Positions 59,290-64,000 of a stretch of 64,000 nucleotides of DNA are shown piece after piece. How positions within the stretch are numbered: the stretch's first letter is position 1; the number at the start of each line of letters is the position of its first letter. The notes beneath the pieces were generated by a model that worked only from the letters and a program-made list of their open reading frames with translations, made no database searches and was not told the origin of the DNA. This DNA is from Dicyema japonicum. Its lineage: Eukaryota; Animalia; Dicyemida. A program made the position numbers and the translations under genes. The stretch covers positions 62,001 to 126,000 of the forward strand of contig RDEW01000040.1 of assembly GCA_011109175.1 (NCBI GenBank). Reading direction: 5' to 3'.

Positions 59290-59975
59290 GACTTGGTGGT
59301 GAAACAAGGACGGAGGAGCACTGACGTCAAGTGCAAAAAGCTTGACTCTCTCTTTGGAGAACATGAAAACATTACAAGAAGGAAAACCTTAGCACAAACT
59401 GTTCTCTCCAGATTGAAGAACACCTGGCTCCACAAAAAGGGCCTTGACACTATATCAAAAACTCGATTATAAAACTCGCTAGTGAAACCCATACTACTGT
59501 ACAACACTGGTACCTGGGCCTGCTTAAGAAATGAACTGAAGAGGCTTAATGCGTTTCATAGAGAACAACTACGGAATTTGATGGTCAAAAGAAGTGATAC
59601 GAGGATCTCATCTAATCTTCTCTATAAAAGGACGAGGACCTCCAAAATTTCAAATGAAATTCTGGATACACGATGGAGGCTTTCCGGCCATATTCTGCGA
59701 CTGGACCTAGATGCCCCCGCGAACGTAGCCATGGAGGATTACTTCTTGTTGGAAGCCCCCCGTATCCGTTGTCGCCCAAGGACGACACTGCCAGTCGTTC
59801 TCGACGATGACCTTAAAGAAATGGGATGGCATCTTGAAAGTGGAGAGGATTTTGACTGGTTACGTAGTGCGGCTTCGAATAGGAGGGAGTGGATGAAATT
59901 AACTAGTGATTTGCTAACTCGTGTTGCACATGCTTTGTCAAGTCTTGTGACATAGCGATAAGTGCTAATAATAAT
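59290..59975 (+). mobile_element. RTE LINE 3' fragment
   Basis: KPILLYNTGTW...RWRLSGHILR...RPRTTLP and TAA tail. Confidence 0.85.
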
Positions 59976-60129
59976 AAACAGGTTGTCTCTTCAAGTTAAA
60001 CTTAACTCTTATTTTTGTCCGTAACTTTATGTCCGCCCGCTGGAAGCAGTTCTGATTTGACGATAACAGAAGATGGTGATGGCAGCTACTCTGCCTAATG
60101 GTCCCCTCTATGAAGCCAGGAACAAATAC

Positions 60130-60610
60130 CTTAAAAACCACCCTAGATACAAGATAACCACATGTCCTTTCTGGAAAGCCATCCAGGATTCTTGAACACG
60201 TCTGATAGGACCTCTCCTGTATCGATCTGGGGTCAGTAAGTTGGAAATTTTCTCTCTTTTCCTTTTAACCCGGTAATCCTGGGGTAATAATAACTCCCAT
60301 TCTTGCGTTTTAACAGTCGTTATTTCCTTCGTTCTCATTGGATATGGATTCAATTCTACGCCGCTACTTAAACGGTCGAAATAAATTTTCTCCTCTTTGC
60401 CGTCATATGATTCCCCTGCCCAAGGAGACGTCCTGTACCTGGCCGGCATACAAAAAAAATCTCGGTCATCCTTACCTCATTGGAGGGGTTCCCACAATTG
60501 TGGATGGACGCGATGCGTTTCACCTTGATCGTGAGAACTGGGATCACTTAGTTAATTAAGTACACTCTTTCTCTTTAACCCGGTCATCCTGGGACAATAA
60601 ATAATAACAT
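60130..60610 (+). mobile_element. Two tandem Ingi/I-like LINE 3' ends
   Basis: Both end ttaacccggt(a/c)atcctggg..aataa, like 26015-26042. Confidence 0.6.
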
Positions 60611-60904
60611 AACTGCCGAATATAGAAGCTCCCTAGAATCAGTCAAAATAATCAGAAGAAATTAAAGGCGAGCAAGGCAGAAGACTTATAATTGTCGATG
60701 TTGATTCTAACACATTATTATTGTCCAACATTAATTAAGAGAAATGTAGCCATTAAATGATTTTTGTTGCTAGCTACGACTAACAGAGTTTTCCACTAGC
60801 GATGAAACGACCACAAGGAAAGTCACAACGCTTGAAAGTTTTTGTACTAGTGGCATTTGATTTTCGTGGCAATAATTTATTAAGGAAAAAAATGAGCAAA
60901 TGGT

Positions 60905-61050
60905 CATATAGTGGATGACCTGACAGTGTGGCTATTCCCTCTCAGGATGGTGAGCGAGATTCGCTCAAATCACCAGCAGAACTCATGGGAGTCTCCTGAT
61001 CGTGTAGAAATCCGATTCCTTAGATGACTCAAGAACTCCAGCGGCATTTG
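60905..61050 (-). mobile_element. CRE-like 3' fragment
   Basis: Reverse complement of the 28150-28290-type sequence. Confidence 0.65.
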
Positions 61051-62730
61051 ATTGAAGGTGATTAATTTTTTTCAAGATGCGTTATTTCCAAGTTTGTCCT
61101 CCAAGTGGCGCAAATGTTGGTTGGGTCAGTTATGCAGGGGTCCTAGCGTGAATTGAAGTTCCTTTGCGTTGGTTCAAAAGAGTTTTTACGAAGTTTAATT
61201 TTCCCTTTAGAACCAGTCTTCTAGTATAGTTAGTCAATTTACTATTTGAGGTAAAGAGCATTGTGGACAATTTCTGTTGGTCTCAATTGCCTTTGTTTGT
61301 AAGGATTATGTCATCTGCACAAAATAGTGAATGAACAGATGTTTAGTGTAACATGCCATTATGGTGGTAAAGCAGAGTGTGCAGAGTGTATCTTCAAAAG
61401 CCAGCTCCTTTCTCTAACATTTTTAATCTTCGCGATGAGCGACCCGGATCTGTTTAACAGGATCAGTTATCATTATTATTAATACAAAATAAAATAAAAA
61501 GTTAATAAAGTGGACCTTAAGAAATTAAGTAAGGTTAAATACCACGGGTCTTGCCTTGGAGGGTTTGGACTCTACACTAGGTCTCCCGTCCACTCGTTTA
61601 ATGCATTTAGCTCTGATGACAGGCAACTGGGATTCTTGCTAAAAGATATAGTCTTTACCTTCACTGTCTCTTTAACCGTTTTCTTGGTCCATAGTCAGTA
61701 TCGTACCGGGTCTCGATTAAAGTAAAAATTTAATGGACAATCTCTTCGATTTTTTAAAAGTAAGATGATCCTTTCTTTCCTTGGAGAGAAGAACCACTTT
61801 TCAATTCATAGACAAGTGAGGCAGAATGATTGTTAGAAAGAACTAAGAAAAAAGTGTTTTTACGAATTTAGAAAATAACATTTCCTGTAAGGATTTTATC
61901 CTTTGGACTTCAATATCTCCACCAAAGTCTCTTTTTCGCTCAAACTGGACCTTAAGTAACAAAATACTTGTACATTTTTCATTTCGCGAATGACGAATTC
62001 ACATGCAATCGAATTCACATTTTTGGTGGATAAAGTCACTCATTCCTCTTGCATTAATCGTCGACACATCCCATATCTGCAATCACCATCTTCCATAAAG
62101 TTCATGACACTTCGACATGTCTCAAATAACGGAATCTTCAATAGACTAAGATTGTGACCTCGGACAATTTGACTAAGGATAGTTAGTCATATACGTTGAA
62201 CAGAAGCGGATTCAGAAAGAAATTCTGAAGGACTCTTATTTTCATGGCAATCTCTTCAGATTTACAATCCATGCTTCACAGACGATTTTCTTCTAAATGG
62301 GAAAACTTTGATCCATTCATGTGCTCGCTCGTCGAAGCTGTTCCAATAGGGCATCATACCACGGACTGTCAAAAGCTTTTCAGATATCAAGGAAAATAAC
62401 ATTTAGGCGACACTTGAAGGCACGTGCTTTCCCTATCTCGAAATTGATATAGAAAAGGATGCTTTACTGGGCGGAAGCAACTGATTCTGGCTTAGAAAAT
62501 TCTTCATTCAATCCAGTTTGAAACTTTGAGAATTTGTTTCATTATAATTTGTACACGTTATGTTTATGAATCATACTGGAATGTTCCTTTATCGGTTTCC
62601 CGGTTTAGGAACCATACTGATAACTTCCAGTCTTGTGGCATATATCGAGTCTTAGACTAGCATCGTAAACTCTCTGGAGAGACTCATAGAGTTAAAATCT
62701 TGAATCCGACTTTGTAGATAGGGTTTTCTA
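61050..62730 (-). mobile_element. Degenerate Jockey-like RT fragments
   Basis: VIFLDI.KAFDSPWYDALL and SLFCADDIIL motifs among many stops. Confidence 0.6.
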
Positions 62731-63129
62731 TTAAACCCCAAGCTTACAATCTTTGGTAAGTTCAACACAAACAGTCATAACTAATTAATCCAAGGAAGGA
62801 TCCCAAGTTAGAATGCCTGCTTGTACCATGGTAATCTCCACCAGTTTAGCTGGTTTGGGAAAAAATATAAAGATGCCCTTGAACAACTGTATCGTGCCAA
62901 AAAGGACTTGTCACATCACGGGTAAAATCTGGTCGACGAGAATTGGTGTGAATCTACAGCCAATGAATACAATAAGCTTGTTAAGCGCGATTTAGTCGAT
63001 CTGATAAATTGGGTTTACTGGTAAACATGTGAAAACTCAATTCTTAGATTGTCGGTTTATGAGGCTAATTAATTTAATTTATTAACCCCGGATACACCGA
63101 GAAATAAGTTAAAGTAAACAACTAGTAAA

Positions 63130-63990
63130 GAGCCAAATTTGTCAGTTTTGCGCCATGTTTCACTTGATCTGCTTTCCATTCTCCAGATTTCCACAATGTC
63201 ATTTTTTGCGTGTTCATTAAGGAACCATCGGTTCAGCTCAGCAGTGCCACCTCGAAGAGTCGAAGTAGGACCGATTTGTTATCTGACACAAAGTCGACGT
63301 CGTCTGCATGGGCAATTTCGACGATGTTGCCATCATATAACTTCCGAAGATCTCGTAATGCCGCCTCCAGATATATGACAAATAGCAGGGGAGAGGGAAT
63401 CTCCCTGGGGAGTACCAACATTGCACGCAAATTCACGGGAAAACGTCTTACCGACCCGCACTTGAGCTTCGTGTTAGATAGCAACACTCTGATCATACTG
63501 ACAGAATCAGGGTCCAAGAATTGTTTCAGTATCTGAGAAGTGGACCACGACGGTGTTCAAAGGCCCTAGAGAGGTCTATTCCCAGGACTGTTGTTGCACT
63601 TTCAAATCTCTGGTTGATAGCGCAGCGCCACTTGTGGCTGCATGCTACATCTGCAGTGGATCTTCCTGTCCTGAATCCACTGTGACTAGGGGATATATAG
63701 TTTTCCATTTGTTCTCTTATTCGGTTCAGCGTAATTAATGCCAGAAGTTTCCGTAAGGTGTTTAGCAGGATTATTGGACGTAGGTTTTCAACAGGCCCAG
63801 CATGTTTGTTAGGTTTTTGTATTGGTATTAATAGTCCGGATCCAAGAGCGGGTATTTTTTTTATAAACATAGAGTTGAATAGTTTGCCAATTTGTCTGTT
63901 AGTGCAGGTGACCCATATTTGACAAGTTCTGAATTGATTCCATCCGGTCCAGGGGAGCGACCATTCTAAAGTTTGACCATTGCATTTTAG
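63130..63990 (-). mobile_element. RTE RT fragments
   Basis: LIPIQKPNK...LRPIILLN...GIDLSRAF, SPLLFVIYLE, HADDVDF. Confidence 0.85.
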
Positions 63991-64000
63991 ATTTGGCCGA

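Overview
Eukaryotic, AT-rich window from an animal-like genome with miniature (mostly 21-28 nt) GT-AG introns. About a fifth of it is compact host genes: ING4/5-like, PITP, Beclin-1, GTF2H3, eIF3j, GTF3C1, DNAI7/CASC1, a small divergent homeobox gene and an orphan membrane protein. Most of the rest is transposon-derived. This includes two near-intact RTE-clade LINEs with target-site duplications (TSDs), many Ingi/I-like, Jockey-like, CRE-like and R4/Dong-like (RLE) non-LTR fragments, Buster-type hAT elements, pogo remnants and three SINE families (called A, B and C here). An animal-type ING PHD finger, an axonemal dynein subunit and micro-introns together suggest a reduced ciliated animal such as a dicyemid or orthonectid; this is inference only. 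Many frameshifts are +/-1 changes in homopolymer runs and are probably assembly errors. All gene and family names come from recalled motifs, not database searches. Leads most worth checking: a covarying pseudoknot-like core shared by two SINE families, near-identical neighbouring micro-introns, stop-less 3n introns, a microsporidian-looking RLE retrotransposon with a triplicated target, and the orphan Tyr-repeat membrane protein.
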